From contig CAWHVC010000003.1 in the NCBI GenBank assembly GCA_963832745.1, positions 608,001-672,000 of the forward strand: a DNA stretch of 64,000 bases. The letters run 5' to 3'. The stretch is from Candidatus Bathyarchaeota archaeon. Lineage in GTDB: Archaea; Thermoproteota; Bathyarchaeia; Bathyarchaeales; Bathycorpusculaceae. This document shows, piece after piece, positions 40,379 to 51,112 of this stretch (positions are counted from its first letter, which is position 1; the number at the start of each line of letters is the position of its first letter). Under the pieces are notes generated by a model. The model was not told the DNA's origin and did no database searches. It was given only the letters and a program-made list of their open reading frames with translations. Position numbers and translations under genes: made by a program.

Positions 40379-40624
40379 CATTTCATAGAGATAAAATAAG
40401 CCTGCCTCTAATGTTCTATGCATGCATTGGATTTAGGTTTCAATTAGTTTCAGCTTTAATATCCTGAAAATTTGCTCTTAGGCCCATTTTGGATGTTTGA
40501 CTAGCCTATATTTGTTTTATTGAATGAGCGTCTGGTCTTTGGCTAGATTGTTTTTTATATTTCAAAAAACATTAACCTTTAAATCTCAATTAACAAAACT
40601 TTACGGATTAGGGATGGATAAAGC

Positions 40625-41296
40625 ATGAAAGTTGTAGCTTCATGGAGCGGCGGCAAAGACAGCGCCTATGCCCTGTACTTAGCAAGCCAGCAAGGCCACG
40701 AAATCGTAAACATCTTAACCATGATGATGAGCGAAGACAAATCAAACTTCCACATGATACGCTCAGACATCTTAGACGCCCAAGCAGACGCGTTGGGCAT
40801 ACCCTTGATTAAACGACAAACCAGCAACGAAACCTACGAACGCGACTTCAAAGCTGTTCTTGCTGAACTCAAAGCCAAAGGTGTAGAAGGCTTAGTCACA
40901 GGCGACATTTACGAGGTTGCCGGTCATGAGGAAGGCTGGCTGAACCGCGTCTGCCGTGAAATGGGATTAACACCAATCAAACCACTCTGGATGGGCGACA
41001 CCAAACAAATCTACCTCGACTACATCAAAGCAGGCTTCAAAGCAACCGTAGTCCGCACTAACCTAAGCAAACTGGGCATGGAATGGCTTGGACGAGTACT
41101 TGACAGACAATTTTACGATGACATCCTTAAACTGGGCAACATTGATGCATGCGGCGAAGGCGGCGAGTACCACACAGTCATTACTGATGGACCCAACTTT
41201 AAGAAGAAGATTGAAATTCTAGAAGCCCAGAAACATAAGCTTGACAGCGGCTTTGGCTACTTGGAAGTCAAAGACTTCGCGGTCAAACTTAAGTGA
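40625..41296 (+). CDS. Diphthine-ammonia ligase-like PP-loop ATPase (DUF71/MJ0570 family)
   Basis: SWSGGKDS, GDI, PLW, D.CGEGGEYHT...DGP.F. Confidence 0.88.
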   Translation: MKVVASWSGGKDSAYALYLASQQGHEIVNILTMMMSEDKSNFHMIRSDILDAQADALGIPLIKRQTSNETYERDFKAVLAELKAKGVEGLVTGDIYEVAGHEEGWLNRVCREMGLTPIKPLWMGDTKQIYLDYIKAGFKATVVRTNLSKLGMEWLGRVLDRQFYDDILKLGNIDACGEGGEYHTVITDGPNFKKKIEILEAQKHKLDSGFGYLEVKDFAVKLK

Positions 41297-42411
41297 AGGA
41301 TTCAAATTACATGAAAACCAGCCTTGACGTCATAATCGCCCATAACAAAGCAAAAGGAGAAGCCTTCCTCTCAGAAATTGAAGGCAAAAAGCCTCTTTTC
41401 ATTGCAACAGTTGCCACTACAGAAACAGGCAAAATTCCCGGCTTATCCGCTGCAGGACAAAACCCTGATTTTACCGATTTTACTCCCCCAGCAGACGCTG
41501 AACTTTTGCTTTTAGGTAAATGTAAATCCATCCAAGGTGTACCCATCACACCAGACGGCATCCCAACCCCGGGTTTAATTACAATGTCCGCTCTGCGACT
41601 TGCAGATATTCCCGTAGTAATTGCCAATGCAGGTTGCAAGGTTAAGCCTCAGGTTCCATTCATCGATTTAGGCGGCAACTCTGGACGCGACATCCGTTCT
41701 GGCGACTCTGTCGATAACGTCGAGGAAGTTATTGAACGTGCCAAGATCGCTGGTGAACAACTCGGGAAAACTTCAGATTACCTTGTCATAGGCGAAAGCA
41801 TTCCCGGAGGCACCACAACGGCGCTTGGTTTGCTTTCAGCTTTAGGTGTAAACGCCGAAGGCAAAGTGAGCAGTACCCTGCCACAGAATCCTCACAGCTT
41901 AAAAACCGAGGTTGTGCAAGCTGGCTTGAAAGCTGCGGGCGAAAAATTCGGCAGCCTAAATAATAACCCTATAAAGGCGGTTAGCTGCGTGGGTGACCCA
42001 ATGATGCCTGCCTTGGCTGGGTTAGTTATTGGCGCTGCAAAGCAGGTGCCTGTTTTGATGGCTGGTGGAACCCAAATGACCGCGGTTTTAGCTTTAATTA
42101 ACGCCTTAAATCCTGAAGCCCTTTGTAACGTGGCAGTAGGCACAACAAGATGGGTAACAAGCGACAAAACATCAGACATTAAAGGAATCGTTAGCCAATT
42201 CTGTGAAGTTCCAATCTTGGCGGCAGACCTAAACTTTGGCGCCTCAGCGATACCGGGCTTGCAAATTTACGAAACCGGCCTTGTCAAGGAAGGTGTCGGA
42301 GCAGGCGGAGCCTCAATTGCTGCTATGGCAAAGATGGGCGGCGCAGTCGACAAGGATTTACTTCTTAAAGCAATTGAACGTAACTATAGCGTGTTAATGT
42401 CAATGAAGTGA
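41293..42411 (+). CDS. cobT: Archaeal nicotinate mononucleotide-dependent phosphoribosyltransferase
   Basis: IPGLSAAG, TP.ADAE, GESIPGGTTTA, AGGTQM, VKEGVGAGG. Confidence 0.9.
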   Translation: MKDSNYMKTSLDVIIAHNKAKGEAFLSEIEGKKPLFIATVATTETGKIPGLSAAGQNPDFTDFTPPADAELLLLGKCKSIQGVPITPDGIPTPGLITMSALRLADIPVVIANAGCKVKPQVPFIDLGGNSGRDIRSGDSVDNVEEVIERAKIAGEQLGKTSDYLVIGESIPGGTTTALGLLSALGVNAEGKVSSTLPQNPHSLKTEVVQAGLKAAGEKFGSLNNNPIKAVSCVGDPMMPALAGLVIGAAKQVPVLMAGGTQMTAVLALINALNPEALCNVAVGTTRWVTSDKTSDIKGIVSQFCEVPILAADLNFGASAIPGLQIYETGLVKEGVGAGGASIAAMAKMGGAVDKDLLLKAIERNYSVLMSMK

Positions 42412-42418
42412 GCCCTGC

Positions 42419-43174
42419 TTGGTAATTAAAGAATTCAAGAACCTTCTATCCTTTCTTACAGTTTTGCCGGTCAAAATGGATAATGACCTCTTTACTGACT
42501 GCGCAAAATACATGTGGGCTTTCCCCTTAATCGGCGCCTTCATCGGGGTACTGGCAGGTTTTTTTGGTTGGGTAGCGTATCAGTTTTTGCCCGGAATCGT
42601 TGTGGGAGGCTTAGTAACTGCAGCGTTGCTTTGGCTTACAGGTCTTCACCACACTGATGGACTGCTGGATTTCGGCGACGGCGTCATGGTTCACGGTACC
42701 CCTGAAAAGAAAGTTGAAGTTATGCATGACCAACTTACAGGCGCAGGTGGATTAGCTCTAGGCATATTGACGATTATGATTACTGCATTGACGGTTGGAC
42801 AAATCGGCGTTGGTATCATAATTCCCGCAATCATCGTGGTTGAAGTTTCTGCTAAATTGTCAATGGTTGTTATGGCGTGGGCAGGCAAATCTGTACATCA
42901 AGGTATGAACTCATCGTTTCTCGCGTTTATGCATGGGCCACAAGGCACAGCCCGTTTAATTATTGGTTTGGTGATTTCTTTTGCCATCGCTTTGCCGCTG
43001 CTACGTTGGGCAGGCGCAGTTGTACTTACCGCAGGCATATTGACCAGTCTTGTAATGACTTCTATAGCTCATAGGAATTTTAACGGTGTAACAGGCGACG
43101 TTTTTGGCGCAACTAACGAGTTGGCACGTTTGGTTTCACTGATTGCACTATTGGGGGTGGCGGCATGGATATAA
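42419..43174 (+). CDS. cobS: Adenosylcobinamide-GDP ribazoletransferase
   Basis: FLT.LP, TGLHH.DGL.DFGDG, GVTGDVFGA.NE; multiple TMs. Confidence 0.93.
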   Translation: MVIKEFKNLLSFLTVLPVKMDNDLFTDCAKYMWAFPLIGAFIGVLAGFFGWVAYQFLPGIVVGGLVTAALLWLTGLHHTDGLLDFGDGVMVHGTPEKKVEVMHDQLTGAGGLALGILTIMITALTVGQIGVGIIIPAIIVVEVSAKLSMVVMAWAGKSVHQGMNSSFLAFMHGPQGTARLIIGLVISFAIALPLLRWAGAVVLTAGILTSLVMTSIAHRNFNGVTGDVFGATNELARLVSLIALLGVAAWI

Positions 43175-43785
43175 CCGCCTTGATTATGGCAGGCGGCAAA
43201 GGCTCTCGCATGGGCTTACCCGTCGAGAAACCAATGCTCACCTTCATGGGAAAACCCCTAATTGACTACGTCGCAGCCGCAATATCCCAAGCTAAAAGCA
43301 TCAAAGAATTCTTTGTGGTAACAAGCAGCAATACGCCCAACACTGAGCAGCACTGCAAAAATATGGGTTGGAAAATTATTCACACCAACGCCAAAGGTTA
43401 CCATGACGACCTAAAACAGGCAGTCAGGCAAGCAGGTTTGACTGGTCCAGTGTTGACTATGCCCTCTGATGTGCCTGCAATCACTGGTGAAGTTCTTGAC
43501 AAAGTAGTCTGCGAGTTTGAACGGTGCGGAAAAGATTTTTTGGCGGTTTTTGTTCCTATTCAGAAACGGCTTGATCTAGGCCTTTCGATTTCCAGCACTG
43601 ACGAGTACAAGGGCGTTTGGTATGCTGTTTCGGGTATTAATGTGATTAACGGCACAAAGATTCAAGAAGAAGGAAAAATAGAAACCAGCGCCATCATCAC
43701 TGAAGAAACCGAAGTCCTTCTAAACGTTAACACCTTAAAAGACGTTGAAGTCGCCCAAAAACTGTTAGGCACTGCCGTCCGCTAA
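43165..43785 (+). CDS. cobY: Adenosylcobinamide-phosphate guanylyltransferase
   Basis: MAGGKGSRM...EKP, S.NTP.T, GY..DL, NVNT..D; follows cobS. Confidence 0.85.
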   Translation: MDITALIMAGGKGSRMGLPVEKPMLTFMGKPLIDYVAAAISQAKSIKEFFVVTSSNTPNTEQHCKNMGWKIIHTNAKGYHDDLKQAVRQAGLTGPVLTMPSDVPAITGEVLDKVVCEFERCGKDFLAVFVPIQKRLDLGLSISSTDEYKGVWYAVSGINVINGTKIQEEGKIETSAIITEETEVLLNVNTLKDVEVAQKLLGTAVR

Positions 43786-45414
43786 CTTTTCAACGGTTTC
43801 GGGACTCTTTTTTTCCTCGTCTACTTTTTCAGGTGGTGCTGTCTTTCTTTCGATTAACGATTTCACGGCGTCTGCCAAGGAGTTGCATGCTGCTTTTCGG
43901 GCATCCATCGAATTATCAACCTCTTTAATTTTGATGTCCTTCTCGAGGTTCTGCATTTTGCCAACCATTGCCTGCTTCCTTTTAAGGTACTCTTCATGCA
44001 GCTTTTTCTGTTCAGCCCCAGAATCCTGCTCAGCCAGCCGCAACCGTTTTCTTGCCGCATCCAGTTTAAGGTTAACATCGATTAGCTTGTTTTCATGTGT
44101 TAATCGTTTGAGAGGGTTTCGGCTGTCGGCTTCAAGAAGCAGGTTATTATACTCTTTTTCTAAATCTCGTACTTCTTTGATTAGGAAGCTTAGGGCGGCT
44201 TTTCTTCTGGCAGCCAACTCTTTAGCTTGATTCATGTATTCAGCGTCAAGGTCCCCTGCCGTGCCATGACCAACTGTGGAGGTTTGAACAGTCAAGGCTA
44301 AACGTTTTTTTGCAGCGTTTAGTTTCTGGGTGACTTCAGTGCGTTTTTGGTCTTGCGCCATCTTTTTGAGTGGGTGAAGATAGCTAGTTTTTACTTGGTC
44401 TAGTTCTGTCAATTCTTCTTCGAGGTGCCGTACATTTTTGATTAGAAAGTCAATGGCGCTTGTGCCTTTAGTAACGATGTCTTTGGTTTGGGCAGCATAT
44501 CCGGCGCTGATTTCGCCAAGAAGCTGCTTATTTTCCTCTAAAGACTTGGTTGAAACTTCAAGTTCCGCTTCATTTATCAAACGATTAGCAAGTTCCTCTT
44601 CAATGTCACTGAAAATGTCTGAGAACTGCTTGTTAAACTCTTCATCAGGGGAGATTATGCCATTTGCGGTAAAGGACATTACGACTTGACGTAGGTTAAC
44701 CATCCAGTCGTCAAAGAATCGACTGATTGGTGAATACTCAAACTTTTCGTTACTAAGTAAATCGATGAACTCCAAAGTTTCAGCTTTGATTGCCTCGATT
44801 CGTGCAAGCTGTTCAGCAGTGTAAATTGATGTTGGTTGCGTCGGTTCTTCGGGGTCTGGAGTGGGCACTTCGGCGGCTGCAGGGTTCGCTTTGGGCAAGT
44901 CTATGGGGGCTTTGGTTGTAACTTTTTGAATGCTCGGCTGTACTTTTTCTTGCTGAGGTTTAATCGGTAATGGTTGTGAGGGTGCTTCTTTGACAAAAAG
45001 TTGTTTAGGTGGCTCTTGTTTAGGTTGCGCTTTGAAGTTGACCAGTTTGGGGATTACCTCACTAAACACAGTTACCATTAAGTCACGGTTCTTGGCTTGC
45101 GTTAAATCAACAATTTCAATATAGTCTTCACTGTATGTTAACGCCAAGAGTCCGTTAGAGTAAACAAGTGCTTGAGTTGCCTTTGCGTAACCGTAAGGAA
45201 GCACAGATGCCGAGACCGCAATTGACATCGTTAGAGGTCGCATATTTTTTTGTAGTGCCTCAAAAAAGCTTGCGGCTAAATCTGCTTCTTCTTTGGTGAG
45301 TTTGCCTATTTGTTGTATATCTTCGCCGATGACTTCGAAGGCTTCCATGATTTCTTCCAGTGCATTTTCCCTTTTTATCGTAATGGGTTCAACGGAAAAC
45401 GGTGTTTCTGTCAT
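43765..45414 (-). CDS. Hypothetical coiled-coil protein with internal duplication
   Basis: 549 aa with a Pro-rich linker and two ~85-aa helical repeats. Confidence 0.75.
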   Translation of the reverse strand: MTETPFSVEPITIKRENALEEIMEAFEVIGEDIQQIGKLTKEEADLAASFFEALQKNMRPLTMSIAVSASVLPYGYAKATQALVYSNGLLALTYSEDYIEIVDLTQAKNRDLMVTVFSEVIPKLVNFKAQPKQEPPKQLFVKEAPSQPLPIKPQQEKVQPSIQKVTTKAPIDLPKANPAAAEVPTPDPEEPTQPTSIYTAEQLARIEAIKAETLEFIDLLSNEKFEYSPISRFFDDWMVNLRQVVMSFTANGIISPDEEFNKQFSDIFSDIEEELANRLINEAELEVSTKSLEENKQLLGEISAGYAAQTKDIVTKGTSAIDFLIKNVRHLEEELTELDQVKTSYLHPLKKMAQDQKRTEVTQKLNAAKKRLALTVQTSTVGHGTAGDLDAEYMNQAKELAARRKAALSFLIKEVRDLEKEYNNLLLEADSRNPLKRLTHENKLIDVNLKLDAARKRLRLAEQDSGAEQKKLHEEYLKRKQAMVGKMQNLEKDIKIKEVDNSMDARKAACNSLADAVKSLIERKTAPPEKVDEEKKSPETVEKLADGSA

Positions 45415-45761
45415 GGCAAGCCAAACGAAAATAGCGGTTTCTGGAAAGATTAGTACTTGGGTGTCTCTGTTTCTACGCTCAAGTTTGCTATGGTCTAAGC
45501 TGGGGGTGAACGGTGAGGTTTGCTGGGTTTACATGAGTAGGTAAACGAATTGGAACCCGATAAAATTTCCTGGCAAGTGTAAATGTAGCCCATTCAGCCC
45601 CTCCTGTTCTATTTTTTATTTCTATCAAAGAAAAACAAATTTTTGATACAAAAGACCTAACTCAACAAGAGCATATTTCTAACAAAAACATTTAGTCTAC
45701 TTTTTATCGATAGGATTAAATTTTCCAAGACTGCTTTAAAGCTCTTTGAGGACAAATTTGG

Positions 45762-46748
45762 ATGCTAGCTGTCTTGCTGGGTGTTTCCGTACTCGTATTA
45801 GCGGTAATCTTAGATTTAATCATCGGCGACCCATCACCTTGGAAGCCCTGGAAACGCATCTACAACCTGCACCCAACCGTGTGGCTGGGACAGTTAACTA
45901 AAAAACTTGAACCCTACTTCAAAACAAGCAATGCCAAAATTGAAAAATTTGGCGGCGTAATCCTTGCACTAATAATTATTGGCGTAATAACAATCCCGAC
46001 CTATTTTGGTTTGCACTACATCTATGTGTTTCTTGGCGCCGCTGCATACCTGATTGTAGCACTGGTACTCTACAAATTCACAATATGCATAAAACTTGAA
46101 ACAGACGGTGCAGTTGCAGTTGCTAAAGCCATCGAAGCCAACGACTTAGTTGAAGCAAAAAAGTACGCCCACTTCTCTCGTCGAGACCCAACTAGCCTGA
46201 CCGGTCCACAAATTGGCAGCGCCGTTATCGAGTCAATGGTTGAAAACTTAACGGACTTCAAGTTATCCCCGTTCATTTACTACGCCTTCTTTGGACTGCC
46301 TGGTGCAGTGGCTTTTCGGGCAATTAATACGCTTGATGGCATGGTCGGCTTCAAGGATAAAGAGCACATTAACACTGGATGGTTCTCAGCAAACCTTGAT
46401 AACATAGTCAATTACATACCCTCCCGCTTCACAACAGTGCTCATGATAATTTCCGCTGCAATCTTAGGCTATGATTACAAGTCTGCTTGGAGAATCGCTA
46501 AACGTGACCATAAACGTGTTCAAAGCAGAAATCATGGTTGGCAGATGGCGGCAATCGCAGGTGCACTTCATATTCAACTGGAGAAGCCTGGTAGATACAC
46601 TGTCGGCGACCCAATAGAGGTTATTACGCCTGATAAAATCATGAAATCCCTAAAAGTACGCGACGTATCTATTGTGCTTTGCATGTTAATGGTTGTGCCA
46701 ATTATTGTTGTGATTGGGCTTTATTGGCCGTGGCTTTGGGGTCTTTAA
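45762..46748 (+). CDS. cbiB: Adenosylcobinamide-phosphate synthase
   Basis: D..IGDP, HP.VW.G, ES..EN..D, RAINTLDGMVG, S.N.GW.MAA.AGAL. Confidence 0.92.
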   Translation: MLAVLLGVSVLVLAVILDLIIGDPSPWKPWKRIYNLHPTVWLGQLTKKLEPYFKTSNAKIEKFGGVILALIIIGVITIPTYFGLHYIYVFLGAAAYLIVALVLYKFTICIKLETDGAVAVAKAIEANDLVEAKKYAHFSRRDPTSLTGPQIGSAVIESMVENLTDFKLSPFIYYAFFGLPGAVAFRAINTLDGMVGFKDKEHINTGWFSANLDNIVNYIPSRFTTVLMIISAAILGYDYKSAWRIAKRDHKRVQSRNHGWQMAAIAGALHIQLEKPGRYTVGDPIEVITPDKIMKSLKVRDVSIVLCMLMVVPIIVVIGLYWPWLWGL

Positions 46749-46854
46749 ATTTTATCAAAATTACCGTTTTCAAGGCTTAATCGGAGTTTTTCGAAAGCTT
46801 TAAACATTTGGGGCTCTGTATTTGCCAGAGACATAGAGTATAGGGAAGAGAAAA

Positions 46855-48234
46855 ATGGGGCTTCATGTAACTCTTGTAAATCCACCTTATCGAACTCGAC
46901 CTCACCAGCATCCGCCGTTTCCACCGTTGGGTATAGGTTACTTAGCAGCTGTTCTGGAAAAAAATAATTTCAAAGTTGAAGTTATCGATTGTCAAGCATC
47001 CCGGTACACGTATGACGATTACAAACGGGAAATAGCCAACCGCAAACCCGACATTATCGGCGTAACAGCCCCAACAAGATTGTACAATTCTGCAAAAGAA
47101 ATTCTTAAAATCAGCAAAGAAGCACACCCAGACGCGGTTACTTTGCTTGGCGGTTCACATGTTACTTTCTGGAATGAAAAAGCCCTCCAAGAGTGTCCAC
47201 AACTTGATGTTGTCGTGCGCAAAGAAGGTGAATACACGCTTCTGGAACTTGCCCAGCGTTTAGAGGCAGGTAAAGACATCAGTGACGTGGCGGGAACAAC
47301 TCAACGAAAAGACGACGGGTTTATTTTTAACGTTGACAGGCCTTACATTGAAAATTTGGATGAGTTGCCTTTTCCAGCAAGACACCTTTGGGACCTTGAC
47401 GCAATAAGAAAGCAAGAAGACATGTTTTACCTAATTACAACTCGCGGCTGCTCTGCATGGTGCAACTTTTGCGCTGCAGTACGTATTTTTGGGCGAAAAT
47501 ACCGTATGCGAAGCGTTCAAAATGTGGTTGACGAGCTTGAGTTTTTGCATAAAACATACAATGCAGAAATTTTTACCTTCTGTGATGACGCATTCACTGT
47601 AGATATGAAAAGAACTGAAAGGTTATGTGAAGAAATAAACAAGCGTAACCTGAAAATAAAATGGAACATGGGCACCCGAGTTGACAGCGTATCAAAGGAG
47701 TTGTTGCAGAAGATGAAGGATGCAGGCTGCATTTCCATGTGGTGTGGTCTTGAATCAGGCGCCCAAGAAGTTCTAAATGACATGCATAAAGGTATCTCAA
47801 CCAATCAAACAAGACAGGCATTAAAATGGGTAAGAGAACTTGGCTTAAAACCAACACCAAACGTTCTGCTTGGGTATCCAGGTGAAACAATTGAGTCCGC
47901 GCTAAAATCGATAAAGTTTGCTGAGGAAGTTAGTCCCGACGAAATCGCTTACTATAATATTGCTACGCCGTATCCGGGAACTCCAATGTATGATGAAGTA
48001 ATGAAGAACGGTTGGGTGAGAAACACAAACTTTGACGATTATGACGCCACACAACCAATCTTTGAAACCCCCACCATGAGCCTACAGGACTTGCAGGCAC
48101 TTTACGATTACGCATTCAAAAGCTTCTACACGCGACCAAGCTATGTTTTGCGGATGTGGCGAAGAGGCTTCAGTTCAGGTTATGCGGCGACAGGAAGATA
48201 CATTTACTACAAACGCAAAAAATCCAACCATTAA
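46855..48234 (+). CDS. Cobalamin-binding radical SAM protein
   Basis: PPLGIGYLAA B12-binding domain, TRGCSAWCNFC, F.DD.F, G.ESG, TPYPGT. Confidence 0.92.
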   Translation: MGLHVTLVNPPYRTRPHQHPPFPPLGIGYLAAVLEKNNFKVEVIDCQASRYTYDDYKREIANRKPDIIGVTAPTRLYNSAKEILKISKEAHPDAVTLLGGSHVTFWNEKALQECPQLDVVVRKEGEYTLLELAQRLEAGKDISDVAGTTQRKDDGFIFNVDRPYIENLDELPFPARHLWDLDAIRKQEDMFYLITTRGCSAWCNFCAAVRIFGRKYRMRSVQNVVDELEFLHKTYNAEIFTFCDDAFTVDMKRTERLCEEINKRNLKIKWNMGTRVDSVSKELLQKMKDAGCISMWCGLESGAQEVLNDMHKGISTNQTRQALKWVRELGLKPTPNVLLGYPGETIESALKSIKFAEEVSPDEIAYYNIATPYPGTPMYDEVMKNGWVRNTNFDDYDATQPIFETPTMSLQDLQALYDYAFKSFYTRPSYVLRMWRRGFSSGYAATGRYIYYKRKKSNH

Positions 48235-48369
48235 AAAGAAATTAAAACATACTAGAATTTAAACTGCCCAATTGACCTAGAAATCAAGTAACTTGGTCGC
48301 CTGAGAAACTATCTTAAGGTATTATTTTAGTAACAAGATGGCCAATAAGAGAAAAACCCTTGTTGTTTT

Positions 48370-49206
48370 TTAATCTTTCTTCTGCATACGCTTTCTTATT
48401 GCAACAAATAATGCAACAAAAACAATTATAGGTAATAGCATAAACATTACAATATTAGACACATTCGTTTGGTTAGATGTTTCATTGTATATTGCAAATT
48501 CAATATTTGTATCTGAAAGATATACGCGACCATTAATGAAAAGAACGTTGATTCCAGAACCAACCATAATTGGATCCGAGTCAAAACTCCCATCCACCAT
48601 CAAACCTGTAGTAGAGTCACAAAGTAAATCGATATTTTTTCTTGTTTGATTTATTGTCACAGTACCTTCCACGATGAAACCTTTAACCATGCCCTGACAA
48701 GTATCTAGAATGTAACCGGTTTTTACTGGTAGAGAAACCTTTTCAGGTGGAATATCCCAAATTACTACTTTTTGATCATCATTAGGATTTGCACAAACCC
48801 ATAGGTGGGTCGTCCCTATGATAGAACCATTTGAATAATGCACTGCTCTATTGTCTAAATCAACAAAAACATCGCTTTTAAGAGTCAATGTAGCATTACC
48901 CAAAGAAACGTTATTTAACGTTTTTCCCATATAATCAAAGAAGAACTCTATTTTGGCTATTTTATTAGTGATACTAAGGCAACTCCAACCAAAAGTGGCA
49001 TTATAAAAGCCAAGTGTATCATAACCTCTTGGGTTTGATGAATTAAAAAAATATGCGTAACCAGGTTGGTTAGTAGTGTACCTCACATATGTTCCTTCTC
49101 TTAGCCATGTAGGCACACATTGATCTGCATAAACTAGAGCAATAAAAAAGGAGTTTAAAATAAAACAACTTATAATCAGTATTGTGGTTAAATTTTTTAG
49201 TGTCAT
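48370..49206 (-). CDS. Membrane-anchored secreted hypothetical protein
   Basis: Signal peptide, WL.EG.Y..Y motif, C-terminal TM + RKR; AT-rich. Confidence 0.7.
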   Translation of the reverse strand: MTLKNLTTILIISCFILNSFFIALVYADQCVPTWLREGTYVRYTTNQPGYAYFFNSSNPRGYDTLGFYNATFGWSCLSITNKIAKIEFFFDYMGKTLNNVSLGNATLTLKSDVFVDLDNRAVHYSNGSIIGTTHLWVCANPNDDQKVVIWDIPPEKVSLPVKTGYILDTCQGMVKGFIVEGTVTINQTRKNIDLLCDSTTGLMVDGSFDSDPIMVGSGINVLFINGRVYLSDTNIEFAIYNETSNQTNVSNIVMFMLLPIIVFVALFVAIRKRMQKKD

Positions 49207-49264
49207 TTTTTTTACCCCATTTTTAAAAAAAAGAGAGAAGGATATAGTGGATTTTGCCTTTGTA

Positions 49265-49684
49265 TTACGGTAGTCCTGCGTACCCTGAACTTTGAGACCA
49301 CGTGTGCGTTGGAACAAAACGACTGTCAAGGAAGTTTGACCATGCGAGGGCGCCTATTGATGAATAAGAACCGCTTGGATAGTAGTCTTTAGAAGTTGCG
49401 TATATGCTGCCGGCAGTTTCCGGGACTCCATTAAAATACCATTGGTAGTAAAGAGGCCCGCCAAAGTTTTGAGCATTGCCTAGCCATCGACCACCGTGCA
49501 ATACAACATTTGTATAAACTCCACCAACTAGATCAGCTGCCCCGCCTGCGCCGCAGCCCTCTCCATAATAGGAGTTGGGGTTCTGTCTGGAGAATGTAGT
49601 TGCATTGACTGCGGGAATAATTGTCATTACCATCGCAACCAGTATTGCTGATATTAAGGCTGATTTTAGATTTATGTTTTTCAT
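49265..49684 (-). CDS. Small secreted Gly/Tyr/Trp-rich protein
   Basis: Signal peptide ending AVNA; GAGG upstream of ATG. Confidence 0.7.
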   Translation of the reverse strand: MKNINLKSALISAILVAMVMTIIPAVNATTFSRQNPNSYYGEGCGAGGAADLVGGVYTNVVLHGGRWLGNAQNFGGPLYYQWYFNGVPETAGSIYATSKDYYPSGSYSSIGALAWSNFLDSRFVPTHTWSQSSGYAGLP

Positions 49685-49910
49685 TTTTTTTCCTCATTAA
49701 GGTGTTTATTCTTTTTTTTATAATATTTTGCATAATTTGTACAAATTTTGTGTACAAAAATGATTAAATAGTCCTCTTTTTCGAGAATAGGATCTTTGGT
49801 TTCCAAAATTAGCGTATATATTAAAAAATAAAACTGTTTATTTTCAATAACTCCCCTTTAAAAATGCAAACATTTTCTTTTAATTGTTTTTCGTGATAAA
49901 ATTTATATGA

Positions 49911-50345
49911 ATGATGTGGTACCCAAATAACATTTACTGGCTTGGAGAGTTTGAAAAGACGAAAAAGCATATTGCCCACTTTTCAATAAATCCGAAAGAT
50001 AAAACAGCAGTTTTTAGCGCAAATAGTATTAATAAGTCTAAAAAAGAAGAAATTGAACCTGGCATAATTTTTTTGTTGCACGCTCCAAGTGGATCTAATT
50101 CCAAAAGACAAATTTTGTTGGCATTAACTCAAAGGCCAAAAAGTTGTAATCAATTGGCCACAGAACTAGAACTTAATTGGCGTACAGTATACAGACATCT
50201 TCAAATCCTTGAGCGCGAAGTGCTAGTTTTAACTTTCAATTTTGGGGAACGGAAATTTTACAAGTTATCAATCAAAGGTTGCGAAGTTATAAAAATGATC
50301 AATTGCAAAAATGAGGGTAATATTTCGTTTGATAAACAGACTTAA
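49911..50345 (+). CDS. Winged-HTH (ArsR-like) regulator
   Basis: IL.AL..RP.SCNQLA.EL.LNWRTVYRHL..LE...LV....G....Y.LS. True start uncertain. Confidence 0.75.
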   Translation: MMWYPNNIYWLGEFEKTKKHIAHFSINPKDKTAVFSANSINKSKKEEIEPGIIFLLHAPSGSNSKRQILLALTQRPKSCNQLATELELNWRTVYRHLQILEREVLVLTFNFGERKFYKLSIKGCEVIKMINCKNEGNISFDKQT

Positions 50346-50409
50346 AACATTGCTTCGAAAATTATCCTGAAAAAATGATATTAATATAAAAAGAAAAGAG
50401 ATTGGGTTT

Positions 50410-51112
50410 TTAGTATTGCTTTCTTGCGGATAGACCATACCAGGACATTACTTTTGCAAGTATGGGTATGATCACGCCTAAGAGAATAGCTGGTAGGAAC
50501 GCTAAGGTACAAGCCGTATACTGGGTCTGCCCATAGTCCATGTGCCATCATGCGTGGAGAGTATGTCATGTAACTGCCGCCGCCTGCGAAGTCAAGTGAC
50601 CAGTTGTAGTTCATGTATACTTGTAATACTGCTATGAATACTGAAGCGGTCATTGCTGAACCGATCATGCGTTTGAAGTTTGTTGAGCCATTGTTTAATG
50701 CGCCTGCAATGTAGCCGATCATAACGGCGTAGATTATCCAGAACATAACGCTTGGGTCGCCGTAGAAGTTGTGGTATACAGATCCATCATTTGGCATGCC
50801 TACATAGTAAATGTTGTAGAGTCCTGCGCTGGCTACGTAATACATTCCGCCCATGATGAAGCCTGCTGCGCCGCCTGCCCATTTATTCCAAGTTAAGCCT
50901 AAGATCAATGGTATACCGAGAATTAGCATTTGTGAGAAGCCTTGTGTAAGAATGACACCGACTGTGCTAAGTAGATCCGAGCCGTTTCCGAAGACGTGAT
51001 ATGTGCCGCTTGGGTTAACGTAGATTACTAGAAGGAATATGATGAGTATTACCAATAGAGGTACGATGAAGCCGTAGAGAATGTCTGACAGTTTAAATTT
51101 TTCTGGTTCCAA
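50410..51112 (-). CDS. Multi-pass membrane protein; +1 frameshift at about 50503
   Basis: Several TMs, WNKWAGGAAGF. The last TM (AFLPAILLGVIIPILAKVMSWYG) lies in the shifted frame. Confidence 0.75.

Noticed and set aside
40400-40440. Possible degenerate repeat copy after the 39557-40378 gene
   Set aside because: Needs several gaps to align; cannot be distinguished from chance by eye.
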